A program made the translations under genes and the position numbers. Below are positions 41,399 to 51,051 of a stretch of 64,000 nucleotides of DNA, piece by piece. Under the pieces are notes generated by a model. That model saw only the letters and a program-made list of their open reading frames with translations. It was not told where the DNA came from and searched no databases. The DNA is from Candidatus Binatia bacterium. GTDB lineage: Bacteria > Desulfobacterota > Binatia > Bin18. The stretch is from assembly GCA_963666315.2 (NCBI GenBank), contig CAXXHG010000018.1, positions 64,001 to 128,000 of the forward strand. Reading direction: 5' to 3'. Numbering within the stretch: the first letter of the stretch is position 1; each line of letters starts with the position of its first letter.

Positions 41399-42106
41399 AT
41401 GGCTACAACGATGACGTATTCCCAACCTGTTGCACGTGCGGGTGAAGGTGTACGCGCGGAGTTTATTCGCCGCACCTACACCCATCTCGCGTTGGCAATA
41501 CTGGGCTTTATTCTTGTTGAAAATCTTCTCTTGCAATCATCTTTTGCCCCAGCGCTCGTGCAGACCATGGTTGGTAGCTACGGCTGGTTTGTTGTTTTGG
41601 CTGCGTTTATGGGTGTGTCGTGGCTGGCCGACCGCTGGGCGCAGTCTGATGCCTCGCCCCAGATGCAATATCTTGGCCTCGGGTTGTACGTTGTGGCAGA
41701 GGCGGTCATCTTTTTGCCCATGCTGTATATTGCCACCTACTATAGCTCACCGGATGTCATTCCCACGGCGGGTCTGATGACCTTACTCTTGTTTGGCGGG
41801 CTGACATTCACCGCTTTCACCACACGCAAGGATTTCTCATTTCTGCGCGGCGTCCTCTCTATCGGCGGGTTCGTCGCTCTTGGTGTAATCTTAGCCGGCA
41901 TGCTGTTTGGATTCAGTCTAGGCTTATTCTTCTCAGCGATTATGGTCGCCTTTGCTGCGGGCTCTATCCTCTATACGACTTCAAACATCATTCATCACTA
42001 CCGACCCGATCAGCACGTGGCCGCCTCACTTGCGCTGTTTGCCGGCGTGGCCCTGATGTTTTGGTATCTGCTGCAAATCCTGCTCGCGCTGGGCGGTGAC
42101 GATTAG
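41399..42106 (+). CDS. Bax inhibitor-1/YccA family membrane protein
   Basis: FIRRTYTHL, seven TM helices, TRKDFSFL, ILYTTSNI, HVAASLALF; GGAGG RBS; TTGACT-N17-TAATTT upstream (41334-41362). Confidence 0.92.
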   Translation: MATTMTYSQPVARAGEGVRAEFIRRTYTHLALAILGFILVENLLLQSSFAPALVQTMVGSYGWFVVLAAFMGVSWLADRWAQSDASPQMQYLGLGLYVVAEAVIFLPMLYIATYYSSPDVIPTAGLMTLLLFGGLTFTAFTTRKDFSFLRGVLSIGGFVALGVILAGMLFGFSLGLFFSAIMVAFAAGSILYTTSNIIHHYRPDQHVAASLALFAGVALMFWYLLQILLALGGDD

Positions 42107-42148
42107 AGGCGCGTTGGGCAATACCCAAGGAGCTATGCTTAATCTGTC

Positions 42149-42883
42149 GTGTTTTCCCGCTTAGTGAAAGGCCTGGTGCTGCCTATCAGAGGCGGCACCT
42201 TCCTCCTCCGCCATCGTCGTCTCCTCCCGCTGGCAATCGCGCCATTCGTACTCAATACACTGCTGTACGCGGGAGCGGTGTTTGCCTTTTTTCATTACTA
42301 CGACAACTGGTTCAGTTTCATCGTGCAGCGTCCCGAAGCGTGGTATTGGCTCGGCGTGTATTACATCCTGCGTGTGCTGGCGTTTCTCATGGGTGTAGCC
42401 GTTTTTGTCTTCTCCTTTGTCTTTGTCGGTACTGTGCTGGCGTCTCCATTCCTTGACCTGCTGTCCGAACGAACCGAAGCTATCGTGCAGGACAGAACGA
42501 GCGACCAGCCCTTCAGTCTTCCGCAATTGCTCCGCAACGTCCTGCGCTCTGCCGGACATGCATTCTTGATTATCGGGATCCTGGCGCTCACCTTTCCGGT
42601 CAACTTTCTTCCCGTTATTGGACATGCGCTGTGGCTCGGCCTGGGCTGGCTGCTCTTAGCCTATGATATGAGCAGCTTTGCTATGGACCGCCGGCAGCTT
42701 TCTTTTCGGAAAAAATGGCGCTTGCTGCTCAGCAATAAGGCCGGCGCACTCGGATTTGGGGCAACCACGTTTTGCCTGACCGTCGTCCCGTTTATTGGTT
42801 TTGCTATGCTACCGGCAGCGGCGGTGGCGGGGACGTTATTGTTTTTGGATATTGAGACACAACAAGCCTCGCATAGCTCATAG
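42149..42883 (+). CDS. EI24/CysZ-domain membrane protein
   Basis: LAIAPFVLN, LASPFLDLLSERTE, PVIG, MDRR, PAAAVAGT. Confidence 0.85.
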   Translation: MFSRLVKGLVLPIRGGTFLLRHRRLLPLAIAPFVLNTLLYAGAVFAFFHYYDNWFSFIVQRPEAWYWLGVYYILRVLAFLMGVAVFVFSFVFVGTVLASPFLDLLSERTEAIVQDRTSDQPFSLPQLLRNVLRSAGHAFLIIGILALTFPVNFLPVIGHALWLGLGWLLLAYDMSSFAMDRRQLSFRKKWRLLLSNKAGALGFGATTFCLTVVPFIGFAMLPAAAVAGTLLFLDIETQQASHSS

Positions 42884-42909
42884 GGTGTCGGGGCGAGGTT
42901 CCCGCACCC

Positions 42910-43779
42910 TTATTGTTTCTGCCCCATCACAATCCCAGTCAGAAGACATCCCGCACCAAGACCTTGGAGCCATACGACCGGCTCGTTGAGAAATACCCAG
43001 GCTAGCAACGCAGCCCCAATGGGCTCACCAAGAATCGCTAGCGCCACGAGCGTTGGAGACATATAGGCCAGCGCCCAGTTCAAAATGGTGTGCCCTAGAA
43101 TCTGAGGGATCAGTGCCAACAAGATTAATATGCGATAGTCCGGTGTCGCAAATCCAAACAGCTGTAACTGAAAGAGCAAGCAGCCGGTTATCAAGACCAA
43201 GGCTGCGCACCCATACACGAGACCAACATATACACTCAGGCTGAGGCGTGCGCGGGCAAATCGTCCACACAGAAGATAGGCGGAAACCATCACCGCTCCG
43301 CACACGGCTAAGATATCGCCATAGACCGCTGACTCCATAGCTGGGCCTGACTGTTGAAAATCGTTCCAGCCTATGCACAGGCCGCCCAGCAATGCCAAGC
43401 CGATGCCTACCCACTGGCGGCGGACGAGGCGCTCATTCCAGATCAGGTACCCGGCTAGAGCGAGCAGTAAAGGATTCATGGTCACCAAGACCACAGAACT
43501 GGCCACGGACGTGTAACGGAGCGAGGCAATCCAGGCCGCAAAATGGAGCGCCAGACACACCCCGGCTCCAGCCACTATCCAGAGGTCACGAACCGATATG
43601 GAAACGCGTTCGGTTCGGAGTCGGATCAGACTCAGCGGGGTGAATATCAGCGCAGCCAGACTGAGGCGGTAGGCTGCCACAACGAGCGGAGGCACGTCTG
43701 GGACCAGTTTGATCAATGGCGCGGCAGTCGAAATGGCGAAGATACCAACACCGAGGACAGCCAGTGTTCCGCGCGGCAT
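42910..43779 (-). CDS. DMT/EamA family transporter
   Basis: About 10 TM helices; LALHFAAWIASLRYTSVA, GDILA, PQILGHT..NWAL, LGEPIGA. Confidence 0.92.
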   Translation of the reverse strand: MPRGTLAVLGVGIFAISTAAPLIKLVPDVPPLVVAAYRLSLAALIFTPLSLIRLRTERVSISVRDLWIVAGAGVCLALHFAAWIASLRYTSVASSVVLVTMNPLLLALAGYLIWNERLVRRQWVGIGLALLGGLCIGWNDFQQSGPAMESAVYGDILAVCGAVMVSAYLLCGRFARARLSLSVYVGLVYGCAALVLITGCLLFQLQLFGFATPDYRILILLALIPQILGHTILNWALAYMSPTLVALAILGEPIGAALLAWVFLNEPVVWLQGLGAGCLLTGIVMGQKQ

Positions 43780-43785
43780 GGGTCA

Positions 43786-44160
43786 TCACAGCCGCGTGGC
43801 AGAATCCGTAGAAGACGCAGCGCACGAAGATTTAAGCACTACCGGCAAACCATCGCGCCAGTCGTATTTCTCGCGGAAAAACTGGGCAACGATCTGCCAC
43901 TCCTGGCTGTCTCGCTCAGTATCCAGTATCCGTGCCCGGACAGGAAACTGTTGCTCGGCAAGGGCCATATCTGCGCGAGAGTGCTTCTTCAGATTCTTTA
44001 CCCAGCCGACTTGGTGGCCGCGCTCGGCCATGACATACAACCGATGACAATGTACGATGAACCAAAGTTCTACATCACGTTGCGTACCGGAGCGGCGACC
44101 AGTCGTAGTGAGACTGAGGACTTGGACATCTCGGAGTGGGTGGAGATCGGCAATCTGCAT
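43786..44160 (-). CDS. Deazaflavin-dependent nitroreductase-like (DUF385/DDN) protein
   Basis: LTTTGRRSG..RDVELWF, WVKNL, FREKY. Confidence 0.82.
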   Translation of the reverse strand: MQIADLHPLRDVQVLSLTTTGRRSGTQRDVELWFIVHCHRLYVMAERGHQVGWVKNLKKHSRADMALAEQQFPVRARILDTERDSQEWQIVAQFFREKYDWRDGLPVVLKSSCAASSTDSATRL

Positions 44161-44184
44161 ACACTTTGAATCAATGCAACGCCG

Positions 44185-44470
44185 TCATTGGAGTTGCTCA
44201 AGAACAGCCTTTGCGTCTTGCAAATCCGCTGTCTCAAACCCTTGCGTAAACCAGGCGTACACTCCGCTGAGGAGATCATACGCCTCATCCGTTTTGCCCT
44301 GCTGTTGCCACTGTTAAGCTAAACTTGTCGCTGCCCGTAGCTCCAACGACTTGGCCTCATATTGTCGGGCAATAGTCAGCGCCTTCTGAAAACACTCCTC
44401 AGCTTTTTCCTCGCCGTTGAACTCAGAATCTCGAACTTTGAACTTCTGCAGCGTCAGTTCTCCCTTACGG
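44185..44470 (-). pseudogene. C-terminal remnant of an adenylate cyclase/ATPase-TPR (STAND-like) protein
   Basis: KGELTLQ...AEECFQKALTIARQYEAKSLELRAATSLA*QWQQQGKTDEAYDLLSGVYAWFTQGFETADLQDAKAVL; internal TAA at 44316-44314; 5' part absent. Confidence 0.85.
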
Positions 44471-44477
44471 GATAGGC

Positions 44478-44560
44478 TGTCATTCTGAGCTGAAAGCGAA
44501 GAATCTCTCAGGCGGTACACAACGAAGAGATCCTTCGTCACGGAGCCCCTCAGAATGATA
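44478..44560. repeat. REP-like inverted doublet
   Basis: TGTCATTCTGAGCTGAAAGCGAAGAATCTC...GAGATCCTTCGTCACGGAGCCCCTCAGAATGATA. Confidence 0.75.
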
Positions 44561-44583
44561 CGCGTCGGATTTGCATTGACAAA

Positions 44584-45405
44584 CTATGAGAGTTGAAACT
44601 GCATCATGCCGAAGCCTACGACCATGGCTTCTTCATACATGACCACTTCACCCTTTGCGCCTTCGACGGCGCCGGCCACCGCAATCCAATTACGAATCTC
44701 GTGCGTGCCGTTGCCGATGGCCTCCATCTCGGCATCCGTAATATCGAGCATGGCAGGATCCTGCCTGCACAGGAGATCGAGAAATCTCTTATCGAACTGT
44801 TCATCGACCTTGCCCATGTCCGGCGTACCGACCGCGTGCGACAAGCCACCCGTGCCCAGAATCGCCACGCGTCCGGAACTGTCCCAGGACTGAATCGCTA
44901 GACCAACCATCCGGCCGAAATCATAGCAGCGTTTCAGGCTGGGCAGGGGCGGCAAGACGCAGTTCTGGATCAGCCACAGATAGGACATATCCCATTGCGG
45001 CGTCAGAAAATTAAGACAGGTCAGAAAGCCGTGCTCCAGGCCGACTTCTCCAATCCGGGTGAGGTCAAAGCCCTGGCGGACGCCTGTATCAAGAACGACC
45101 TCAGCCAGATCCGACTCAAAATTTACGGAAATGCTGCCGCACGGAATGCCCAGCCAGTTTTCCACCGGACCGACCCCAGTCTCCGCCGTCACCACTCCGA
45201 ACGATGGATAGCGCCGCGGATCGAGCGCGTTAAAATGCTCGTCTGAAATGACTACGATGGTATCGGCTCCAGCCGAGGTGAAGGTGTCTCGCAGGGTGTC
45301 GAACCCGTTATGAATTCTGCCCCACGTGGCTTCATCCGCCATCTGCGGAGCACTCATCATCAATGGACTGTGGACCGACGACATAGCTGCAACGATTTCC
45401 GCCAT
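44584..45405 (-). CDS. LigB-family extradiol ring-cleavage dioxygenase, catalytic subunit
   Basis: IVAAMSSVHSP, SDEH, LEHG, GTGGLSH, FDKRFL, GNGTHEIRNW. Confidence 0.9.
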   Translation of the reverse strand: MAEIVAAMSSVHSPLMMSAPQMADEATWGRIHNGFDTLRDTFTSAGADTIVVISDEHFNALDPRRYPSFGVVTAETGVGPVENWLGIPCGSISVNFESDLAEVVLDTGVRQGFDLTRIGEVGLEHGFLTCLNFLTPQWDMSYLWLIQNCVLPPLPSLKRCYDFGRMVGLAIQSWDSSGRVAILGTGGLSHAVGTPDMGKVDEQFDKRFLDLLCRQDPAMLDITDAEMEAIGNGTHEIRNWIAVAGAVEGAKGEVVMYEEAMVVGFGMMQFQLS

Positions 45406-45520
45406 AGGATCCTCCTTTTTTTTGAAAGGTAGAGTGCGTCCTACGCACCAATAGATAGTGGGCTAGTGGGCAAAACCCATCTCACAATTTTTCAAGTTCT
45501 ACTTCCCCGGTTGCTGCCCC

Positions 45521-45778
45521 TTACCCGGTCGCCTTTTTGAGTTGCTGTATATACTGCGGAATTTCGAGCCCAACAGCTAGCGCGAACTGAACCAGAATGT
45601 AGGGATGAATGCCGTGCGTGTAGAGCCAGCCCATATCGTGGGCCTTGAGCCGCTGCCGTTCTTCATCGGTTACATCGTAGTTTGCCAAGATCGTATCCGG
45701 CTCTTTGGCATACTGGGCTAAGTCTTGCTCAGACCGAAACAGGTCGACCAGCATAATATTGACGCTTTGTGCACTCAT
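45521..45778 (-). CDS. LigA/CarBa-like small subunit of the extradiol dioxygenase
   Basis: AAGGGAGG RBS, ATG 45778; EP..ILANYDVTDEER...D...LY..GIHPYIL; upstream of the LigB-like gene. Confidence 0.85.
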   Translation of the reverse strand: MSAQSVNIMLVDLFRSEQDLAQYAKEPDTILANYDVTDEERQRLKAHDMGWLYTHGIHPYILVQFALAVGLEIPQYIQQLKKATG

Positions 45779-45923
45779 GATTCCTCCCTTAATACCCTGT
45801 CCCTCGTATACTCGGCTCAAACACGGCTTGTCAATGCACGCAAACCGGTATCTACTGGAGCAGGAGCACGGCGGAGGACAAATCGGTTGTAGTAGAATAA
45901 GAGTCGCATACGGAGGCAGCAGC

Positions 45924-47180
45924 ATGAGCCTTGCACCCATGGAGAATAATCTCGCTGATTTTACCTGGCCGGAGGCGGGCATGACCTCGGTTCCGTACCA
46001 AGTGTTTTGTGACCCTGCTGTGTACGCGCGCGAACAAGAGCGCATTTTTCGGGGCAGAACCTGGAGCTATCTTGCGCTCGAAGCCGAGGTCCCCTATCCC
46101 GGCGACTTCAAGGCGACTTTTGTTGGCGACACACCCATCGTCGTATCACGCGATAAAGAAGGGGTACTGCACGTCTTTGTGAACCGCTGCGCCCATCGTG
46201 GTGCGATGGTATGCCGCGAGACTCGCGGCAACCGTACCAGCCATACCTGCATTTACCACCAGTGGAGTTATAACCTGCAGGGCAAGCTGATCGGCGTACC
46301 GTTCCGCAAAGGCATTAATCAGCAAGGCGGCTACGGCGAGGACTTCGACCTAGCGCAGCACTCGTTACAAAAACTCCGAGTGGCCGTGTATAACGGGCTC
46401 ATCTTTGCCTCTTTTGCGACCGACATCGAATCCCTCGAAGACTATATCGGTCCTGCCATGCGGCCCTGGCTGGACCGCGTTTTTAACCGCCCGGTTCAGA
46501 TTCTCGGTTACGCGCGCCAATTCATCCACGCGAACTGGAAGCTGTACTCAGAGAATGTGAAAGACCCGTATCACGCCAGCCTGCTGCATCTCTTTCACAC
46601 CACCTTTGGGATTTATCGTTCGTCACAAGGCGGCCGGATCATCATGGATGAGACCGGCCGACACAGCATGCTACGCGCCTATAAAAAGACCGAGGCAGAA
46701 GAAGTGGCTGCCTACGACGGGAAAAACATCCGCAGCTATCAGACGGACTATACCCTGGCCGACCCATCACTCCTGACCTCACGCAAAGAATTTGATATTG
46801 AGTTGACCAATCACATCCAGACCATCTTTCCCTGTCTGGTTGTCCAGCAGATCCAAAACACCCTCGCTACGCGCCACATCCTGCCCAAGGCGCCGGATAA
46901 GTTTGAGCTGCTGTTCACCTTCTTTGGCTATGAAGACGACGATGAGGAGATCCGCGGTATCCGGATCAAACAGGCCAACTTGGTTGGTCCGGCCGGCTAT
47001 ATCTCTATGGAAGACGGCTATGCCACGGAACTGGTCCAGCAAGCTATCCAGCGTGAGCAGAGCGCGTGTTCAGTCCTCGAATTCGGCGGGACGGATAGGG
47101 CGGATCAGGAGAATCTTTTAACTGAGGCCGCGGTTCGGGGCTATTGGAATTATTATCACGACGTTATGGGCTTCCATTAA
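45924..47180 (+). CDS. Rieske aromatic ring-hydroxylating oxygenase alpha subunit (salicylate/anthranilate/terephthalate type)
   Basis: GGAGG RBS; NRCAHRG...CIYHQW Rieske motif; ANWKLYSENVKDPYHASLLH; GPAGYISMEDG. Confidence 0.93.
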   Translation: MSLAPMENNLADFTWPEAGMTSVPYQVFCDPAVYAREQERIFRGRTWSYLALEAEVPYPGDFKATFVGDTPIVVSRDKEGVLHVFVNRCAHRGAMVCRETRGNRTSHTCIYHQWSYNLQGKLIGVPFRKGINQQGGYGEDFDLAQHSLQKLRVAVYNGLIFASFATDIESLEDYIGPAMRPWLDRVFNRPVQILGYARQFIHANWKLYSENVKDPYHASLLHLFHTTFGIYRSSQGGRIIMDETGRHSMLRAYKKTEAEEVAAYDGKNIRSYQTDYTLADPSLLTSRKEFDIELTNHIQTIFPCLVVQQIQNTLATRHILPKAPDKFELLFTFFGYEDDDEEIRGIRIKQANLVGPAGYISMEDGYATELVQQAIQREQSACSVLEFGGTDRADQENLLTEAAVRGYWNYYHDVMGFH

Positions 47181-47231
47181 GTTCCCCAACGCCTTCTCAA
47201 CGCGTTGTTCACATTCTGTTATAAAAAAAAG

Positions 47232-47264
47232 AAAGGGGCGGTCTTTTTGGGAACCGCCCCTTTT
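47232..47264. terminator. Bidirectional Rho-independent terminator
   Basis: AAAGGGGCGGT-loop-ACCGCCCCTTTT with an A-run on the left, between convergent genes. Confidence 0.8.
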
Positions 47265-47287
47265 ATGTGTCGATGTCTCTCAATCAA

Positions 47288-48588
47288 TTAGGCGGCTGCA
47301 ACGTCAGGGACGATCTGGTCGCGTTTACCAGATGCCGGCAGCGGCCGCGAGCCTGGCGCCTTTTCAAATGGCCCCGGCAGATCGAACTCTTTGGCCATTT
47401 CACGCATGGCGGGCAGCACTTCCGTACCCAGCAAACGCAAACAGGTTTTGCGTTGCTCAAAAGTCATCGGGCCATGATGGTACCACAGGCCCATGATGCC
47501 CGGCCGGAGTGTCTCACACATTTTTCGAATCTTTTTGATAATAGTATCCGGCGTTCCCGCCATAATCAGATCACTATCCAGCGATGCTTGGAAATTCTCG
47601 CCGATACTCCGCTTGACTTCCCCAACATCAATGTCTCCTCCTTGCGAGAAGGAGATGATTTCTGTACCTGTGCGCGGATCAGTCAGCGCCTTGGCCAAGC
47701 GCTTGGTCGCCGCCTTGGAGTTATAGCCCGGAGGGAACATCCACTCAGCTCGGGCAAACGCACCAAAACCGCCGCCGAATACAAAGCCTCGGGCTAACTC
47801 GCGAGCCTTCTCTTCTGTTTCAGCCACACACACATTCTGCAAGTAGCCAAAGTTCTCTGGTCCGGCCTGATAGCCCTCTTGCTCCGCTGCATCGGCATAC
47901 AAGTTCACCATCTCGATCGTCGATTCGGGATTGGTACCCAGAGCAACATAAGGATAGCGGTGTTTGGCACTCCAGATGACCGTTTCCGGACTAATCAACC
48001 CTGGAACCCATTGTTGAGGCACGGGCTTCTGGATCGGCAACTGCCAGGGATTCACATTCCGGTAATGGTAGTGTTTGCCCTCATACCGCCACGGTCCCTT
48101 TCTCGTCCACGCCTGTTGGATAAAGTCATGGGCTTCGTTGAAGCGCTCCCGGTTATAGGCGGGATTGATGTTATTGGCGAGCTGTTCCGTACCAGCGCCA
48201 CGCACCCAGCCCGGGACCAGCCGACCACCGGAAATCATATCGATGGTGGCCAACTCTTCGGCCAGCCTTAGCGGATCGGCCACTGGGAGTGGATTGCCCA
48301 GCAGCACGATCTTCACCCTCTTGGTAATGCGGGCGAGAATCGCGGCTTCAACATCCATAACCCCACCGCCACAAAACGGCGTCTGGTGGTGCTCGTTCAG
48401 CATTCGATGCCGTCGAAGCCTAGCTCTTCTGCATAGACGCGCTCGTCCAGATACTCATTCAAGAGCTGGCCGCCTCTCTTGGGATCAAACAGTGTATTCG
48501 GGAGGCCAAAATAGCTGCTTCCATTTTCGATAATTGCATCCTCAGAGATATCCACGTATTCGCGTTCCGAGAAAGACATAATATGCAT
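47288..48588 (-). pseudogene. LLM-class flavin-dependent oxidoreductase, frameshifted
   Basis: The ORFs 48397..48588 and 47288..48403 join into ...ELGFDGI|MLNEHH... if 2 nt (GA, 48405-48404) are removed; collinear with the intact paralog 60974..62311 (GFDALMLNEHH). Confidence 0.88.
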
Positions 48589-48695
48589 ACAAAGCCCTCC
48601 TTCTTCTTTTCTTCACATCAGTGAGTAACTGACTTGTGCTCGAGATTTACCACGAGCCACTAAACACAGACTTTTTCATACTTGAGGGGCATGTG

Positions 48696-48725
48696 GCAAG
48701 AGACAGCAAGAGACAGCAAGAGACA
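48696..48725. repeat. 10-bp tandem repeat x3
   Basis: GCAAGAGACA x3. Confidence 0.9.
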
Positions 48726-48778
48726 GACTGAGAAGAGGCCTGCTCATTCCAACGCTAGCCTGCGGAGCCGATCATGCT

Positions 48779-49195
48779 TCAGCCCTCAGCCAGCCCACTG
48801 CGCAATAATTCCGTATCCAAATATTCCACAACCGACCGGACTTTGCCATCCGTAATGCGCCACACCCGGCAATAGGTATTGTTATAGTCTTTGCCGGTCT
48901 TAGTCCGAGCTCTCCCATGCGCCTGCTCGGCAACGTATTCCCCTTCAGCGATTAAGTTCTCGATGGTCATCTCGATCCGGCCTTCTTCCAGTCGTGCACT
49001 CAAGGCTCTTTTCAGCCCTTTGAGGAGTACGTCCTTGCCTTGAATACGTCCGGAGAAACGCGGGACCGTGCCGATCGGTGTAAAGGTGACATCATCGGCC
49101 GCATCCGCCAGGAAACCGTCCATATCCCCTCGGCTCATCGCCGCAATCGCCCGGCGAACTATGTCTTTATTGTGTTCGGTATTTTCGACGGCCAT
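48779..49195 (-). CDS. NTF2-like / SnoaL-like protein
   Basis: NKDIVRR, ADDVTF, IENLIAEGEYVA, GKDYNNTYC.V.RI.DGKV...EYLDT. Confidence 0.9.
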   Translation of the reverse strand: MAVENTEHNKDIVRRAIAAMSRGDMDGFLADAADDVTFTPIGTVPRFSGRIQGKDVLLKGLKRALSARLEEGRIEMTIENLIAEGEYVAEQAHGRARTKTGKDYNNTYCRVWRITDGKVRSVVEYLDTELLRSGLAEG

Positions 49196-49281
49196 ACAGT
49201 CTCCTCTCTCACCTATAGAATTTCTTTTCTATTCCTACACGCAAGGGCTGATTAAGAAAGATGTTCTCCATTGACTTCCAT

Positions 49282-49308
49282 GACGAGCTGGACGAGCTGG
49301 ACGGGCTG
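49282..49308. repeat. 9-bp tandem repeat x3
   Basis: GACGAGCTG GACGAGCTG GACGGGCTG. Confidence 0.8.
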
Positions 49309-49322
49309 TATGCAAAGGTAGA

Positions 49323-51014
49323 TTACCGGTTAGCCCGCAACATCTGGCCCGGCAGTGCGCCGGAATGTTCGCCCTGATTGAGCACGATCTGCCCATTCAC
49401 AATCACATACTGAATCCCCTCAGCGTGCTGAACGAAGCGCCGCTCCCCACCCGGTAGATCGTTCAGCATGACCTTTTCCCCTGCAGCAACCGTGTGCCGA
49501 TCAAAGACAACAAAGTCTGCGGCTTTTCCTGTTACAATCAGACCTCGATCATTGAGACCAAACAGCCGGGCGGGCTCAGACGTAATACGCTCGACTGCGC
49601 GTTCCAGGCTCATGGCTTGGCGTTCACGCACCCAGGTGCCGAGCAGATAGGTGGGATAGCCGGCATTACACAACATATCGACGTGCGCCCCACCGTCAGA
49701 CAGACCGATCAACACCCGCGGGTCGGTAATCACTTCCTCAACCAGATCGAGATCAAAATTCAGCATGGCCAAAGAAAATTCAGTCGCCAAATCGCCGGCC
49801 AAAGCCAAATCAAAAAAGGTGTCGAACGGATCTTTGCCTGTCTGCTGACTGAGTTCGGCAATACTTTTCCCCAGCCAGACCTGATGCTCGGGTTTGCCAA
49901 CTTTACACACTTCGGTTTGCTGCCACTGGCCGCTGAACGCTTTCGGCGTGGCGGTGCACGCCGCACGAAATTGCGCGCGGAATAGAGGGTCGGCATAGAT
50001 CCGCGCCTGTTCCTCGGCAGAGCAGTTGAACAACGCATGGCACACGTCATACGCGCCTAAAATAAAAGGGGTACGCAGATTAAACTGGAGCTCTGTCGGT
50101 TGGCAGCTCGCTTGGGGAATACCGCCGCGTTTAATCAACCCATCGGTATTGGCCAGCAACTCGGTGTGCGCCGTAGGCTGGTCGCTACGCGTCTGCACCG
50201 ACAGCCAGGTGACCGGACGTTGGCTTTCGACCAGCAGGAAGTCAATCAGCTCAAGGCTTCCGGACGGCAGGATGGATGACCCAGCGCCGCCCAGATTCAC
50301 CTCAATCGTGCCACTGCCGAGATCGCGCAACACATTCGCATAGACGCGCAGCTCGTCCCGACCGGCGAGTCGACACGCCAGCGGACGCCCCTTGAAACCC
50401 ACATGTTGGGTCGCGACTGTGGTGGAAAAGCCTAACGCACCGGCTTGCATGCCCTCTCGTAGGAGCACGGCAATGCGCTGCGTTTCATCCCGAGTGGCTT
50501 CCCGCTCTTGGGCGGCCTCGCCTATAACATAGGACCGGATAGGCGACAGCGGCATCAAAAAACCAAGATTAATTCCCATGCCCGTCTTGAATGGAGCCGC
50601 CATAAAATCGCTAAAGCTCTCCCACTCCCAGGTCACGCCTTTGGACAACACCTCGAACGACATGCCCTCAACATTGACCAGATCCCAGGCAAGCGTTTCT
50701 CGCTTGTCAGGCAGACAGGGTGCAAGACCCACTCCACAATTGCCCATCACCACGCTGGTCACACCGTTCCATGAAGAACAGGAAACCAATGGGTCCCAGC
50801 AAATCTGGGCGTCGTAGTGGGTATGTGGATCAATAAAGCCGGGGGCGACAACCAGATCAGATGCATCGATCACACGTTTGGAACTCGCATTGAGTTTTCG
50901 GGTTGGATCGATTTCAACGATGTGGCCATGCGCGACAGCAACGTCTGCCAGATATTGGGCTGCGCCTGTGCCGTCCACAACGGTTCCGTTTTTAATGAGC
51001 AGATCGTAGGCCAT
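49323..51014 (-). CDS. N-acyl-D-amino-acid deacylase family amidohydrolase
   Basis: DLLIKNGTVVDGTG, APGFIDPHTHYDAQ, VMGNCG, GLSDGGAHV, DRG...GKAAD, GALPG. Confidence 0.92.
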   Translation of the reverse strand: MAYDLLIKNGTVVDGTGAAQYLADVAVAHGHIVEIDPTRKLNASSKRVIDASDLVVAPGFIDPHTHYDAQICWDPLVSCSSWNGVTSVVMGNCGVGLAPCLPDKRETLAWDLVNVEGMSFEVLSKGVTWEWESFSDFMAAPFKTGMGINLGFLMPLSPIRSYVIGEAAQEREATRDETQRIAVLLREGMQAGALGFSTTVATQHVGFKGRPLACRLAGRDELRVYANVLRDLGSGTIEVNLGGAGSSILPSGSLELIDFLLVESQRPVTWLSVQTRSDQPTAHTELLANTDGLIKRGGIPQASCQPTELQFNLRTPFILGAYDVCHALFNCSAEEQARIYADPLFRAQFRAACTATPKAFSGQWQQTEVCKVGKPEHQVWLGKSIAELSQQTGKDPFDTFFDLALAGDLATEFSLAMLNFDLDLVEEVITDPRVLIGLSDGGAHVDMLCNAGYPTYLLGTWVRERQAMSLERAVERITSEPARLFGLNDRGLIVTGKAADFVVFDRHTVAAGEKVMLNDLPGGERRFVQHAEGIQYVIVNGQIVLNQGEHSGALPGQMLRANR

Positions 51015-51051
51015 GGATATCCTCTTTTTGCTCTCGTTTTTTCACCCTCAC

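Noticed and set aside
45705-46045. Overlapping N-terminal extensions of the Rieske and LigA-like ORFs
   Set aside because: SD-preceded ATGs at 45924 and 45778 remove the overlap and leave a normal divergent promoter region.
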